A DNA stretch of 64,000 bases from Candidatus Obscuribacterales bacterium (GCA_965228855.1 CBDDIJ010000002.1:160001-224000); one strand, 5' to 3'; shown: positions 48,911 through 59,062, counted from the first letter of the stretch. Notes: generated by a model not told the origin, from the sequence alone. A program made the numbers and translations.

Positions 48911-50281
48911 ATGGCAAAAGCTTCCACTGCCGCTACCGCGGCTCTCGTCTCTGCCCCGGCTCTCCGTCGCTGGGATGTCACCGGCAAAATGAAGTGCGAG
49001 TGCGTCGAGCACAGCCTTCCCTCGGAGCTGCCCGCTGACCGCGTGCATCTCGAGTTCATCTGCAACGGCGTTTGCGGTTCGGACAACCACATGTTCTGCA
49101 CCGGCGCCGTGCACAGCGGTCACAAGGGTCCGCATCAGCCCCTCACCCTCGGCCACGAACTGGTCGGTCGCGTCAAGGCGATCGGCAAGGACGTCACGAC
49201 CCTGAAGGTCGGCGACATCGTCGCGGTCGAGCCGGGTCTGCCCTGCGGCGAATGCCCGAACTGCAAGAAGGGTCGCTATCACTGCTGCCCGAAGACGCTC
49301 TACATGGGCACGCCTCCGCAGAACGGTGGTCTCGCCGATGAGTTCCACTGGCCGGCGACCTGGTGCCACCTGCTGCCGGCTTCGCTGGCTGCAGACCCGG
49401 TCCTCGCCAGCCTCGCCGAACCGCTGGCTGCCTGCCGGCAGTCGTGGGAACTGCGCAACAAGATGGTCGTCGACCGCGAGGACGACGAGTGGACGGTGGT
49501 GACCGGCTCCGGCGCCATGGCGCTCGGTGTCGTCGCCATCATCAAGGCGATGAACCCGAACGAGAAGGTGGCGGTCGTGGCGCGCAACGCCAAGGCTCTC
49601 GCCTTCGCCAAGGAGTTCGGCGCCGACGCCACGTTCGAGCTCTCCGCCATCAATCCGAAGGCCATCGCCGATGGTCTCGCGGAGGAACTCGGCGAGCTGT
49701 TCAAGACGGACCACTTCGACAACGACGAGACGCTCGACGCCTCGTTCGCCGACAGCCCGGTTCGTCTGGCCGCTGCCCGTGCCGCTCGCGAGGCGGTGCG
49801 CGTGCAGCGTGACCGTGGTTCGCACATGGACGAAATCCAGTCCATCATCCGCACGGCTGCGTTCGGCGCTGCCGTGAAGGCGCAGATCGAAGAGAACAAG
49901 GCGGTGTTCGGCGCCGTCCAGAAGCTGGCGAGCGGTTTCGTCAGCAGCCTCTTCGAGTGCACCGGCGATGAGCGTCTCCTCGAGACGATCATCGAATCGC
50001 GCTGCATGCTCGCCAACGGCACCATCATCGGTCTGGGCTGCCACTACGGTGTCAGCTTCGACGTGGCGATGCTCCGTCGTTTCGAGCTGTCCTTCCAGCC
50101 GGTGCGTCGCTCCTGCAATCAGTTCCCCGCCACGATCAAGCTGCTCGAAGAGAAGCCGGACCTGTTCCGGAAGCTCGTCGGCGGCACGATCAAGTTCGAA
50201 GACTTCGGCGGTCTGATGACGGGCGACAAGAAGGAAACGTCGACGGGCACGGGTGGTCCGAAGACGGTCGTCGTGAAGTAA
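48911..50281 (+). CDS. Divergent Zn-binding MDR dehydrogenase with a large insertion
   Basis: GVCGSDNH, LGHE, CGECPNC...C structural Zn site, AEPLA, VTGSGAMA and FECTG. Confidence 0.85.
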   Translation: MAKASTAATAALVSAPALRRWDVTGKMKCECVEHSLPSELPADRVHLEFICNGVCGSDNHMFCTGAVHSGHKGPHQPLTLGHELVGRVKAIGKDVTTLKVGDIVAVEPGLPCGECPNCKKGRYHCCPKTLYMGTPPQNGGLADEFHWPATWCHLLPASLAADPVLASLAEPLAACRQSWELRNKMVVDREDDEWTVVTGSGAMALGVVAIIKAMNPNEKVAVVARNAKALAFAKEFGADATFELSAINPKAIADGLAEELGELFKTDHFDNDETLDASFADSPVRLAAARAAREAVRVQRDRGSHMDEIQSIIRTAAFGAAVKAQIEENKAVFGAVQKLASGFVSSLFECTGDERLLETIIESRCMLANGTIIGLGCHYGVSFDVAMLRRFELSFQPVRRSCNQFPATIKLLEEKPDLFRKLVGGTIKFEDFGGLMTGDKKETSTGTGGPKTVVVK

Positions 50282-50310
50282 CGGAACGGCGCAAGCTGTT
50301 TCGCACCCAA

Positions 50311-50356
50311 AGCCGGGTGGAATCGGGGTTCGCAAGACCTCGACTTCCACCCGGCA
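50311..50356. terminator. Strong GC stem-loop after the dehydrogenase
   Basis: GCCGGGTGGAA...TTCCACCCGGC with an inner stem; no clear U-tract. Confidence 0.45.
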
Positions 50357-50426
50357 CCGCTGTTGGTGGCAGCAGTTGGGAAACCTACTGCAGTCACTTT
50401 GGTCTGTCAGAAGAAGGAAAGTTGCA

Positions 50427-50681
50427 TTGAGCAATCGGACTCGTAACCGCAAGCCCCGCTTCCCGCGCATCGACACGCTGCTGCTGGCGAAGTACGGCAT
50501 CATCCAGCCCACCCGCCTTGCGGAGGGGATGACCGTGATGACGCCGCTCGACAAGCTGACCAGCGAAGACCGCGAGGACCTGCTCGAATTCGCGCAGTTC
50601 CTCATGGCGCCGGAACGCGAACATGACCTCGATTTCCTCGAGGACGAACGCGCCGCGGAAACGGTGCACGACGAGCCGTAA
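50427..50681 (+). CDS. Small hypothetical protein
   Basis: TTG start after AAGGAA; high GC3. Confidence 0.6.
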   Translation: MSNRTRNRKPRFPRIDTLLLAKYGIIQPTRLAEGMTVMTPLDKLTSEDREDLLEFAQFLMAPEREHDLDFLEDERAAETVHDEP

Positions 50682-50781
50682 TCGGACGACCGCGGCGGCG
50701 GAGGAAGTGAGAGACCTTCCTGCGCCGCCGCATGGCGTCCGGCTATTAACTTCCACAACTCGAAAATTCGAGGAGGTTTTT

Positions 50782-51045
50782 ATGAACAACCAACGCAGAA
50801 CCGCCGACACCGCCCATGGAAGCCCGAACTTCCATCAGCCGGTCGTCAACATCCCCTCGCCGGACGGCAAGGGCACCACTCTGGCACGCATGATCTTCCG
50901 CGAGCGTCCCGTCGTCGACGAGATGCTCCAGAAGGTCCACCCGTCGAAGGTTTACTTCGATGCGTTCTACATCGTCGAGACGCTGCGCGGTCCAGCCGCC
51001 ATGCTCATCTCGTCGACCATCGTCGACACGGCCGTTCGTCACTAA
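50782..51045 (+). CDS. Small hypothetical protein
   Basis: AGGAGG RBS; ATG at 50782. Confidence 0.7.
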   Translation: MNNQRRTADTAHGSPNFHQPVVNIPSPDGKGTTLARMIFRERPVVDEMLQKVHPSKVYFDAFYIVETLRGPAAMLISSTIVDTAVRH

Positions 51046-51121
51046 CGGCCCTCAGCACAGAGTCCCTGGACTCCCAGTGCGGAGCTATATATCTCATTAA
51101 CTCAGCAAAGGAGTTCAGCTC

Positions 51122-51358
51122 ATGGCTAAGAACCGCATGCATCAGGTTTCGACCAAGCCGAAGAAAAACAAAAACCACTGCGGCACCATCACGGTGGAAG
51201 ACCAGCTCCGCATGGCGCGAGCCGGACGCCGCGACGCCGAAATCGCCAGCGGTCACAATCGCGCGGCGGGCACCGGCATTCACGGCGGCGACAAGGAAGC
51301 GCGCAAGCGCAAGGAGCGCCGCCAGTCCAAGGCAGACCTGCGCAAGGACAGCTATTAA
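51122..51358 (+). CDS. Small, highly basic hypothetical protein
   Basis: AAGGAG RBS; 78 aa, Lys/Arg-rich. Confidence 0.7.
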   Translation: MAKNRMHQVSTKPKKNKNHCGTITVEDQLRMARAGRRDAEIASGHNRAAGTGIHGGDKEARKRKERRQSKADLRKDSY

Positions 51359-51386
51359 CCAGAAGTTCCCGAAGGAGGGAACCGCT

Positions 51387-52397
51387 ATGTTTACGACACT
51401 CATCTCGAAAGTCCGGGCCAATGCCAGAAAACGGCGTCTCACCAATCGCAGGTGGGCGCGCAAAACTCTGGTGATTGGTCCGGCTCAACCGGTTGATGGT
51501 GACTCCGTTGCCTGCACGGCTGCCGTCCTCGCCCATCTTCGCAAGAAGGGAGTCGAGGCCTACACGCTTCCGACGCTTGCAATGTACAGCCAAATCGATT
51601 GGATTATCACTCGCGACGACATCCATCCCGCCTGTCGCGCTGCGATGAACGGCAACCTGACGACCGCCAACCTGCAAGCTGCGTACGACGCGATGCTAGC
51701 GGAATGGCGGCCGGACGAGGTTGTGCTCGTGGATGGACACATCCCGGGCTTCGACCTTCGCGGCGTCAAACAGTACATGATCGACCACCACATCCGTGAG
51801 GGAGTCGGTGAAGTCGATGACAAGGCAGCCTTCATAAAGCTGGCTCCGTCGGTTGGTTGTTTGCTCGTCGAGTACTTCGGCATCTACGAGCCGATTCTCG
51901 CGGTCAGCATCCTGACCGACACGTTCTGGTTCCGCCAGAATCTCCCGGCACAGGCGGTCAAGACCATGGCTGTCCTCGTGGAGAACGGGCTCACCGACCA
52001 GCTCTTGTCGATTTACCAGAAGCGCCTCATGGTGCACAAGGATTCAAACATCCTCGTTGCCATGCGCAAGTCCGACATGCGCTTCGCTCTGAATGGAGAG
52101 GCCGCGTTCGTTGTTCTCGACGAAACCGACCCCGAAATTCATCGCGGCGTCATGGGCGAACTCGGCTACTTCTGCCACCACATGTGTGTTGTTCGTGGTG
52201 ACGGCTACGTGTCGTTTCGCACCACGGACGATATCATCGACCTGCGTCCCCTGGCGACCCGTTACGGTCGCGGCGGTCATGCGAAACAGGCTGCCGGACA
52301 GGTAGACCCGCATGATGAAGCCGCACTCAGCCGGTTGTTCGAGGACTTCGTCAAAACTGTGGAACCGGCAGAGGCAAAGGCTTCGGCTGGCAGATAA
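51387..52397 (+). CDS. DHH family phosphoesterase (NrnA-like)
   Basis: VDGDSV, LVDG, IDHH, LTDT and GGH..AAG motifs. Confidence 0.88.
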   Translation: MFTTLISKVRANARKRRLTNRRWARKTLVIGPAQPVDGDSVACTAAVLAHLRKKGVEAYTLPTLAMYSQIDWIITRDDIHPACRAAMNGNLTTANLQAAYDAMLAEWRPDEVVLVDGHIPGFDLRGVKQYMIDHHIREGVGEVDDKAAFIKLAPSVGCLLVEYFGIYEPILAVSILTDTFWFRQNLPAQAVKTMAVLVENGLTDQLLSIYQKRLMVHKDSNILVAMRKSDMRFALNGEAAFVVLDETDPEIHRGVMGELGYFCHHMCVVRGDGYVSFRTTDDIIDLRPLATRYGRGGHAKQAAGQVDPHDEAALSRLFEDFVKTVEPAEAKASAGR

Positions 52398-52636
52398 GAG
52401 GAACGGCGACATGCACGACGAAGTGCACAAGGCTGGTGATAGCAATCACTTGCCTGTCGGGAGCGAGATGCGATTCGCTGCCCGGCTGAGAAGACGCGAA
52501 GAAACCGGCTAACCATGCCGCTCTCTTCCGCCTTCTCATTCAAAGAACCTCTACTATATGCCATACTACGACTGACGTCTCGGTACCCTTGTGGTTTGGG
52601 CTTCGCCAGACACATCGGCTCTTTCTAGACCCTGCG

Positions 52637-52688
52637 TGTCTATCTGACGATGCCGGATTTCTGAAAATTCGTCATCCTCAGATAGCCA
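52637..52688. repeat. 52-bp four-box element, copy R9
   Basis: TGTCTA tctgacg ATGCCG gatttctgaaaatt CGTCAT cctcaga TAGCCA. Confidence 0.9.
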
Positions 52689-52842
52689 ACCTAAAGCTCT
52701 CGCCTGGCGAATGCTTCAGCACGTCTCAGGATCCTGTAGAAACGGCCAGCGTGGTTTCTCATCGGAGAGTGAGCCTGCCAGCGACTCAAATCGCAGAATG
52801 CATTCCCACATTTGTCTGTAGCAGAAACCGAAACGACTTCCC

Positions 52843-52894
52843 CGTCAATGAGGGAGCGACGGAATTTGCTGAATCAGTCGCTCTGAGATTGACA
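52843..52894. repeat. 52-bp four-box element, copy R10 (a half copy follows at ~52916)
   Basis: CGTCAA tgaggga GCGACG gaatttgctgaatc AGTCGC tctgaga TTGACA. Confidence 0.85.
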
Positions 52895-53748
52895 GGGCTC
52901 AAGCTAGACCCGGTCAGTCAATGAGGCAGCGACGGAATTCGCTGCTAACTCCAGGGCAGTCGTTCGGATGCATGCAAAACCGGCCAGCCCTCTTCCGAGA
53001 CACTCATGCACTCATGTCTCATTTACGTCATGAGATAGTAGCAATGGGCATAGAATATAAATCCTGCAAAGGCCACGGTGACCATCTTCCAGAGCAGGTT
53101 TATTCAGTTTTATGACGTCGATTAGACTTCCACCAGCCATCCGTCCATTGATTCACCACTTATAAATCACATATCAAATTTATAGATATTGGACAGTGCA
53201 ACACGTTTGCTTACTAACTGAAAAGCAATCGCCATCAACCTTTCCTAGCAAACGAGCTTTTGGTTAAGCAAATTTCCATTGTCACCCACTTGGAAGTGTG
53301 CGGCCGTGTCAGCCTGTGACGCACGAGATCGGCTTGACAAGCCATTTTTGGGAACGATACCAGCCCAAAATATCAATTAAATCTGCTCCGTTACAGCTCG
53401 TGCAGGACATCCGGTAGTCAAAGTCCCGGACATCGGCAACAGTATTCACTCTCCGCTCTTTTGATGAACATTATCGCTAGCACATCATTACAACTATAGG
53501 TACGAAACCGCTTGCCGTAACCAGCAACTGTTGCCCTAATGCCTTGCTTGAAACCGTCGTTAGCCCATATCAATAACGTTCACCTGGAGCGACCGCAACG
53601 ACTCGCGAGGCGACGTCAACGCGACAAAAGACGAGAACTGAAATTTGGCGGGTTGGAAATTGAATGAGGCAAGCGATCTAGTTCTTGCTCTTTAATTGAC
53701 GGTCTCCCTCCGAGTCCTGCCTTTCATGGTGCGGTTGCGCCGCAATCT

Positions 53749-53800
53749 TGTCTATCCTGGAATGACGCATTTCGCCGAATTCGTCTATGCACGATAGACA
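53749..53800. repeat. 52-bp four-box element, copy R11
   Basis: TGTCTA tcctgga ATGACG catttcgccgaatt CGTCTA tgcacga TAGACA. Confidence 0.9.
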
Positions 53801-53845
53801 AAAAGGCGTCAACGCATTTTCAAAAAACCACAAACCATCACCACA

Positions 53846-54012
53846 CGCCGATCAGGGACCCTAGGCACTACGATACTGTCTAGTAGCGATGGGCAGACCC
53901 TCGCCAGACGCCGATCAGGGAGCCTAGACACTACGATACTGTCTAGTAGTGATTGGCAGACCCTCGCCAGATGCCGATCAGAGAGACTTAGCATCACGAC
54001 ACTGCAAGTAGC
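53846..54012. repeat. 63-bp tandem repeat (~2.6 copies) carrying GATAC..TAGTAG
   Basis: CGCCGATCAGGGA.CCTAG.CACTACGATACTGTCTAGTAG.GAT.GGCAGACCCTCGCCAGA at 53846 and 53909, partial copy at 53972. Confidence 0.9.
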
Positions 54013-54568
54013 CAGTTTAGCGGAGCTTAAGAAAGCTATCGCGCGTACGCTAACTCTAAACTTTTCATCATGTCGTAGAAGAGAGCAGGACTGTTTTAGC
54101 TCTAAAACTAAAACTAGTCCTGGAAACAATGAGTCTGGCAAGTACCTGAGCGTTATTTAGACAAGTTCTTATAGCTTGTCTACGCCTTGTCAAAGCGGCG
54201 ATGTTTTCTATATGGTCAAAGCATACTTGTTTCTTGACAACCAACTCGGGAATTAAAACAACAACCCCCGTTTCCACAAGTAAGACACTTAGTTTTGGCA
54301 GTTCCAGTTCGCATCCGTGCGTTCTGTTGGTCATCGGGATTCAGCATCTGCATCGCTTGCGGCTGATGAGTTCCTAACTGCTCGTTGGTAGTCGCTTCGG
54401 CGGCTCGAATGTGTTCAAGGCGTTTCAAGCAAAAGCAAATTAGCTCCACGAGATGGTTGTCTCCGTGGATGACTTAGCTTGCGCTTGAGGTCGTCGAGGG
54501 CACTCTTTCTAACCGGTTCGCAAAGCATTCCGCCTAGCGAATCTAACTCTAGACAGGAGTTTACGACC

Positions 54569-55804
54569 ATGGCAAATCGCAACATCAACACCTCCGGCAT
54601 TCCGCAGCTCACCCCCGCGCAGCTCCGGAAGATCATCGCCCTCGAGAACGCCTACACCGCCGAGGTGAAGGCCAACCCGATGGTTTGGCTGCCCAACAAG
54701 GACATCGTCACGCTCGACCAGTCCGTCGCGCCCGACTTCGGGTTCTCCGGCTTCGTGCGTCACTCGGACCTCGGCGACATCGACTTCAGCGAGCTGAGCG
54801 TCGACGAGCTCGAGAGCTTCACCAAGCGCAGCCGTCGTTCGGCCAAGGGCGGCAAGGGCAAGGGCAAGGGCGGCAGCGGCGGCGGTCAGCAGGGTGCTCC
54901 CTCGGCCGCTGTCGCGGAGCAGGTGGTCGGTTCGTACTTCAAGGGCATGCAGCCCGCGGCGAACACCGGCAACCTGATTCTGGGCGAGCAGAACGCGCTG
55001 TTCGGCTCGAAGCAGAAGGCCATCACCTACCGCGACGCCTGGCGCCACATCGTCGAGCCGCACCACATCATGTTCTGGTCCGAGGTCTCGGCCGAGTTCC
55101 TCCAGGAAATCGGTCAGGCGTACGGCCACGGCTACTGGTGCAGCAAGGCGAACACCCGCGACCAGGCGGTCGGCATCACGGCTCACCCGCGTCTGAAGAA
55201 GATCGCCGGCCCGTTCTCGTACGACCGCGTCGCGTCGGTTCAGGGCATCCCTGACCTGCGTCCGGCGTTCGTCGTCATCTTCGAGGACCTCTGGTCGGGC
55301 GTCATCATCAAGGCGATGGTGAACCACCTGAAGTCGATGCGCGGCGGTCCGAAGCTGACCTCGCCGGTCCGCTACCAGCAGTGCGTGGAAATCGTGAAGG
55401 CGCACGGCGTCTCCACCAGCGGCGTCAAGCCGGCGCTGAAGAACCAGCAGACCCGCAACATCTGGCGCAACAAGGTGTTCGGCCGCGGGTTCACCGACCA
55501 CGGCACCACGACCGTGACCATGCCGCTGTGCATCCTGCCGGACGCCGAGCGCAAGCTCGATCTGCAGGAGCGCATCAAGCGCGGCATCACCGTGATGGCC
55601 GGCGACTGGAACTGCCTGCTCGGGCAGGTCACCGACGTCGACCCGCTGATCCAGGCCGGCTACCTGCTCATCGATCCGACGGGCAACGTCCCGACGCACT
55701 CGATGGGCAGCCGCCTCGACGGTTTCTTCGCCGAGAAGGGCAACTTCGAAGCGTGTGACGCCGACGTCGCGGACGGTCCGGACGAAGTCGACGGCGACCA
55801 GTAA
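54569..55804 (+). CDS. Endonuclease/exonuclease/phosphatase (EEP)-like protein
   Basis: WSEV, VNHLKS, AGDWN, PTH and RLDGFF in EEP order; AGGAG RBS. Confidence 0.72.
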   Translation: MANRNINTSGIPQLTPAQLRKIIALENAYTAEVKANPMVWLPNKDIVTLDQSVAPDFGFSGFVRHSDLGDIDFSELSVDELESFTKRSRRSAKGGKGKGKGGSGGGQQGAPSAAVAEQVVGSYFKGMQPAANTGNLILGEQNALFGSKQKAITYRDAWRHIVEPHHIMFWSEVSAEFLQEIGQAYGHGYWCSKANTRDQAVGITAHPRLKKIAGPFSYDRVASVQGIPDLRPAFVVIFEDLWSGVIIKAMVNHLKSMRGGPKLTSPVRYQQCVEIVKAHGVSTSGVKPALKNQQTRNIWRNKVFGRGFTDHGTTTVTMPLCILPDAERKLDLQERIKRGITVMAGDWNCLLGQVTDVDPLIQAGYLLIDPTGNVPTHSMGSRLDGFFAEKGNFEACDADVADGPDEVDGDQ

Positions 55805-55996
55805 GTCGCTGTTCCGGCAAGGGGAGTCGGTTTAACGACCGGCTCTCCTTGTCGTTCGTATCAGAGTAAACGCGTTCACCGGGTGGTGGACGCGTTCTTC
55901 GCCAGCACCCTGCTGGCTGGGGCGAGCTTCGGCTCACTCCATGTTTTCTCGAGAACCGCTCCAGTAAACAATCTGGAATCAATTCAAAGGAGAATT

Positions 55997-56533
55997 ATGG
56001 CTACTGCAATTTGTTTCCGTCCTGACACCAATGGCTGGGAATTCGACGGTCAGTGCTTCTTCAACGCGACCAAGACGTTCAACCGCAACAACCGCCTCTA
56101 CGCCCAGAGCAAGGAGAGCGGCTTCGCGCTGAACATCTGGCGTGCCGAGGAGCGCAAGGGACGCAAGTTCCTGAGCGACCGCGGTCTGGGTGAACTCATC
56201 GGGTTCTGCCTCGGCCATGGAATCAGCTGGGTTTCGTTCAAGGGATGCACTGTCTCGGTCAACTACCTGACCAAGGCGCTCGCATTCAAGGCGAAGCACG
56301 GCTGGTTCGTCGACTTCCTCGTCAAGGTCGAGGACCACGAGTTCGACCCCAACGTTCCCACGCCCGGCGGCAGCTGGGGTGAGGGCAAGCGTCTCCTCGC
56401 GGAAGCGGCGGAGAAGTCCAAGTACGCGACTCTGTGCCGGGCGGCTTGCCGTCTGGACGAAGCCGCGGACGTCGACGCCGAAATCGAATCGATGAAGGCG
56501 CGTGCCAAGGAGCTGATGTACTCGAAGCGCTGA
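55997..56533 (+). CDS. Hypothetical protein
   Basis: AAGGAG RBS; high GC3. Confidence 0.75.
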   Translation: MATAICFRPDTNGWEFDGQCFFNATKTFNRNNRLYAQSKESGFALNIWRAEERKGRKFLSDRGLGELIGFCLGHGISWVSFKGCTVSVNYLTKALAFKAKHGWFVDFLVKVEDHEFDPNVPTPGGSWGEGKRLLAEAAEKSKYATLCRAACRLDEAADVDAEIESMKARAKELMYSKR

Positions 56534-56620
56534 GCTTCGCGTCATCGGCTGTCCTGTGTTTCTAAACGCCGGGGAGCTCTGCTTCCCGGCAATTCTCTAA
56601 CGTCAAAAGTGAGGAACATT

Positions 56621-58528
56621 ATGAATCGCAAGAAGAACCCCAACATCAAGCTCAACGTCCCGGGCATGCAGCACATCAGCTGCGGCGCTGGTCACGAGGC
56701 GCACATCGACGTCGTCGGTGCCGGCTCGGAGAACTACCAGTGCCCCGACGTCGACACGCTGGTCAAGCGCAGCCTCGAGAAGAGCAAGCTCGCCCAGCCC
56801 AAGACCACCATCGGCAAGGTCTCGAAGCGCCGCACCAGCCGCAAGGCTGCCGGCACCGAGAAGGCCGCCAAGGATGCCGGCGTGCAGTCGTTGCTGCCGC
56901 AGGCGGTGACTCCGGTCGCCATCATCCCGCGCCTGCCGGACGAGCCCGCCGACCGGCTCTACAAGACCCTGCTGCTCGGCGCGACCGGTCTGCAGGACAA
57001 CATGGTCAGCCGCCAGCTCGACGGCATCGTCTACGACGTCTTCGGCGCGGACATCGGCACCCTGAACTGGGCGTCGAACAACATGCCGGAGCAGTACCGC
57101 AAGGGCGCGACGAGCCTGCAGAAGCAGTACGACACCATCGTGCCGCGCTTCAAGCAGGCTCTGCTGCAGCTTCTGCGTGAGCTGGCCAAGCGCAACCCCA
57201 ACGTGCCGCAGTCGCAGTTGCTGAAGCACGCCGTCGACTCGCTCCTCGAGCAGCTCGGCGGTTTCCGCTTCATCAGCAAGGTCTACACCGACTCGTTCGG
57301 TCAGTACCGTGACGGCGTCTACGCGTCGGAACTGATGGCCATCAACTTCTTCTACAACCAGGCGGCGGCGCTTTTCAAGCGCGTCGACCCCGATGCGCCG
57401 GAGAAGAAGCCCGAGGGTCTCGAGTCCATCGTCTACCAGGTCGGCGACAAGTACCTCGCGCGGTTCACCAGCATGTCGCTGGCGACCATCCCGGGTTCGA
57501 AGGGCCCCATCGGCATCCACGCGCTGCAGATGCCCTTCGATTTCCAGGACATCCTCGCGATCATGCTGCCGCTCCTGGCGCACGAGTTCCGGCACAACCT
57601 CTTCGCCGACGTGAAGGGCTTGGACGACGAAATGCGGGCGGATCTCGCGAACTGCCTGAAGGCCGATCACAAGGCCGGCGTCTTCAAGTTCAAGTCGGAA
57701 GAGATGATGCTCGGCAAGCAGAAGGTGTCGACCATCGACCTCATGGTCAAGCTGATGGTGGACTCCATCGGTGAGATCGACGCCGACATCGCGGGTGGCG
57801 TGCTCTTCACGGGCACGGCGTACCTCTACAACATGATGCTGTCGTTCCCCGCCATGCTGGTCCGCGGCACCCCGCTGGCCAAGGCGAAGAAGCTGCTGCG
57901 CACCGAGTCGTACTTCAAGCTCGTCAAGCAGCAGGATGGCAGCCATGCGCTCCAGTTCGAGCCGCATCCGCCGGATTACATCCGTGCGCACATCGTGGCC
58001 GCCGGTCTCGATGAAATCGGCTTCAAGGCCGAAGCGGACGAATGCCGCCGCCTCGCTGACCTCGCGGTCGGCACTCCGTTGCCCACGCACATCACGTGGA
58101 ACGACGGTGGCGGTGACGAGCACGAGGACGAGGGTGAGGGCACGTCCGAGAAGTCGGACATCGTCATCGCCTTCACCGTCGAGGACATCAAGGCTGTCGC
58201 TCCCACGGTGGCTCGCGCCATCATCCGGAGCAAGCTGAAGAGCCTCGGCGGTCGCAGCACCTACGAGATGATCGACTGGAACGCGGCTCGCGAGGCCAAG
58301 GTCCAGAAGCTCACGGACATCCTGGTCGCCGGCAAGTCCGACGTGCCGGACGACATGGGCTCGGTGTACGCGACCTACGTGGGCGCGGCGGCGACGCTGG
58401 CCTACTGGCAGTTGCTGCACAAGGAGACGGATCCGAACGCGGATGCGTCTGCAATCGCGCGCGCGGTCAACGCCAACGCGATGAAGATGATCCACGAGCT
58501 CGAGGCGAAGGCTAGCAAGACCGCCTAA
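56621..58528 (+). CDS. Putative HEXXH zinc-metallopeptidase-like protein
   Basis: LLAHEFRH...GEIDAD...EPHPPDYIR; paralog of 26053..27597; GAGGA RBS. Confidence 0.7.
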   Translation: MNRKKNPNIKLNVPGMQHISCGAGHEAHIDVVGAGSENYQCPDVDTLVKRSLEKSKLAQPKTTIGKVSKRRTSRKAAGTEKAAKDAGVQSLLPQAVTPVAIIPRLPDEPADRLYKTLLLGATGLQDNMVSRQLDGIVYDVFGADIGTLNWASNNMPEQYRKGATSLQKQYDTIVPRFKQALLQLLRELAKRNPNVPQSQLLKHAVDSLLEQLGGFRFISKVYTDSFGQYRDGVYASELMAINFFYNQAAALFKRVDPDAPEKKPEGLESIVYQVGDKYLARFTSMSLATIPGSKGPIGIHALQMPFDFQDILAIMLPLLAHEFRHNLFADVKGLDDEMRADLANCLKADHKAGVFKFKSEEMMLGKQKVSTIDLMVKLMVDSIGEIDADIAGGVLFTGTAYLYNMMLSFPAMLVRGTPLAKAKKLLRTESYFKLVKQQDGSHALQFEPHPPDYIRAHIVAAGLDEIGFKAEADECRRLADLAVGTPLPTHITWNDGGGDEHEDEGEGTSEKSDIVIAFTVEDIKAVAPTVARAIIRSKLKSLGGRSTYEMIDWNAAREAKVQKLTDILVAGKSDVPDDMGSVYATYVGAAATLAYWQLLHKETDPNADASAIARAVNANAMKMIHELEAKASKTA

Positions 58529-58744
58529 CCAAGCGGCTCGAAGTGGCGCGAGTCACTTCGAGCTGTGAGGAGTACTGAGGCGAAGCGGTTGAGTTAGCTC
58601 AACCGGAGCCGGGCGACAGGTCTACCAAGACCTGCCGCCTTGGCTTTTTTAAAACTTGCTACTAGCACATACAGTATCTTCTCCTTCCATAGAACCAGTC
58701 CCCGGGCGGCATTCCGTCGGTCGAGACGGACAGCTGGTGATCAG

Positions 58745-58796
58745 CGTCTACGAGGCGTTGACGCATTTTCAAAAAGTCGTCTATCAGTGATAGACA
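58745..58796. repeat. 52-bp four-box element, copy R12
   Basis: CGTCTA cgaggcg TTGACG cattttcaaaaagt CGTCTA tcagtga TAGACA. Confidence 0.88.
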
Positions 58797-58878
58797 GTTT
58801 GAGTTTGAGAATCTGCACGCTAGCCGCAATTAATTAAAGGTTTGTTCCAGTGTCCCAAGCAGAGTATTGGCATTGCGT

Positions 58879-59030
58879 TGCAAATCAGATTGCAGGTTTC
58901 AAGCCAACAGCTGCAAACCAATTTGCAGTCACTCAAATTTTGACGCGAAACCCGCCGTTCCTGGTCTCCTGACCGGGGCGTTGCAAATCAGATTGCTAAA
59001 TCCACACCAAAAGCTGCAAACCAATTTGCG
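58879..59030. promoter_or_regulatory. Second quartet of TGCAA-N6-TTGC(A) palindromes
   Basis: Sites start at 58879, 58912, 58982 and 59015 (spacing 33/70/33). Confidence 0.7.
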
Positions 59031-59062
59031 AGCAAGATTGAGAGAGCGCGACGGACGATGCT

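Noticed and set aside
58530..58640. tRNA-like stem-loops after the HEXXH gene
   Set aside because: A series of hairpins without a T-loop consensus, anticodon arm or acceptor stem.
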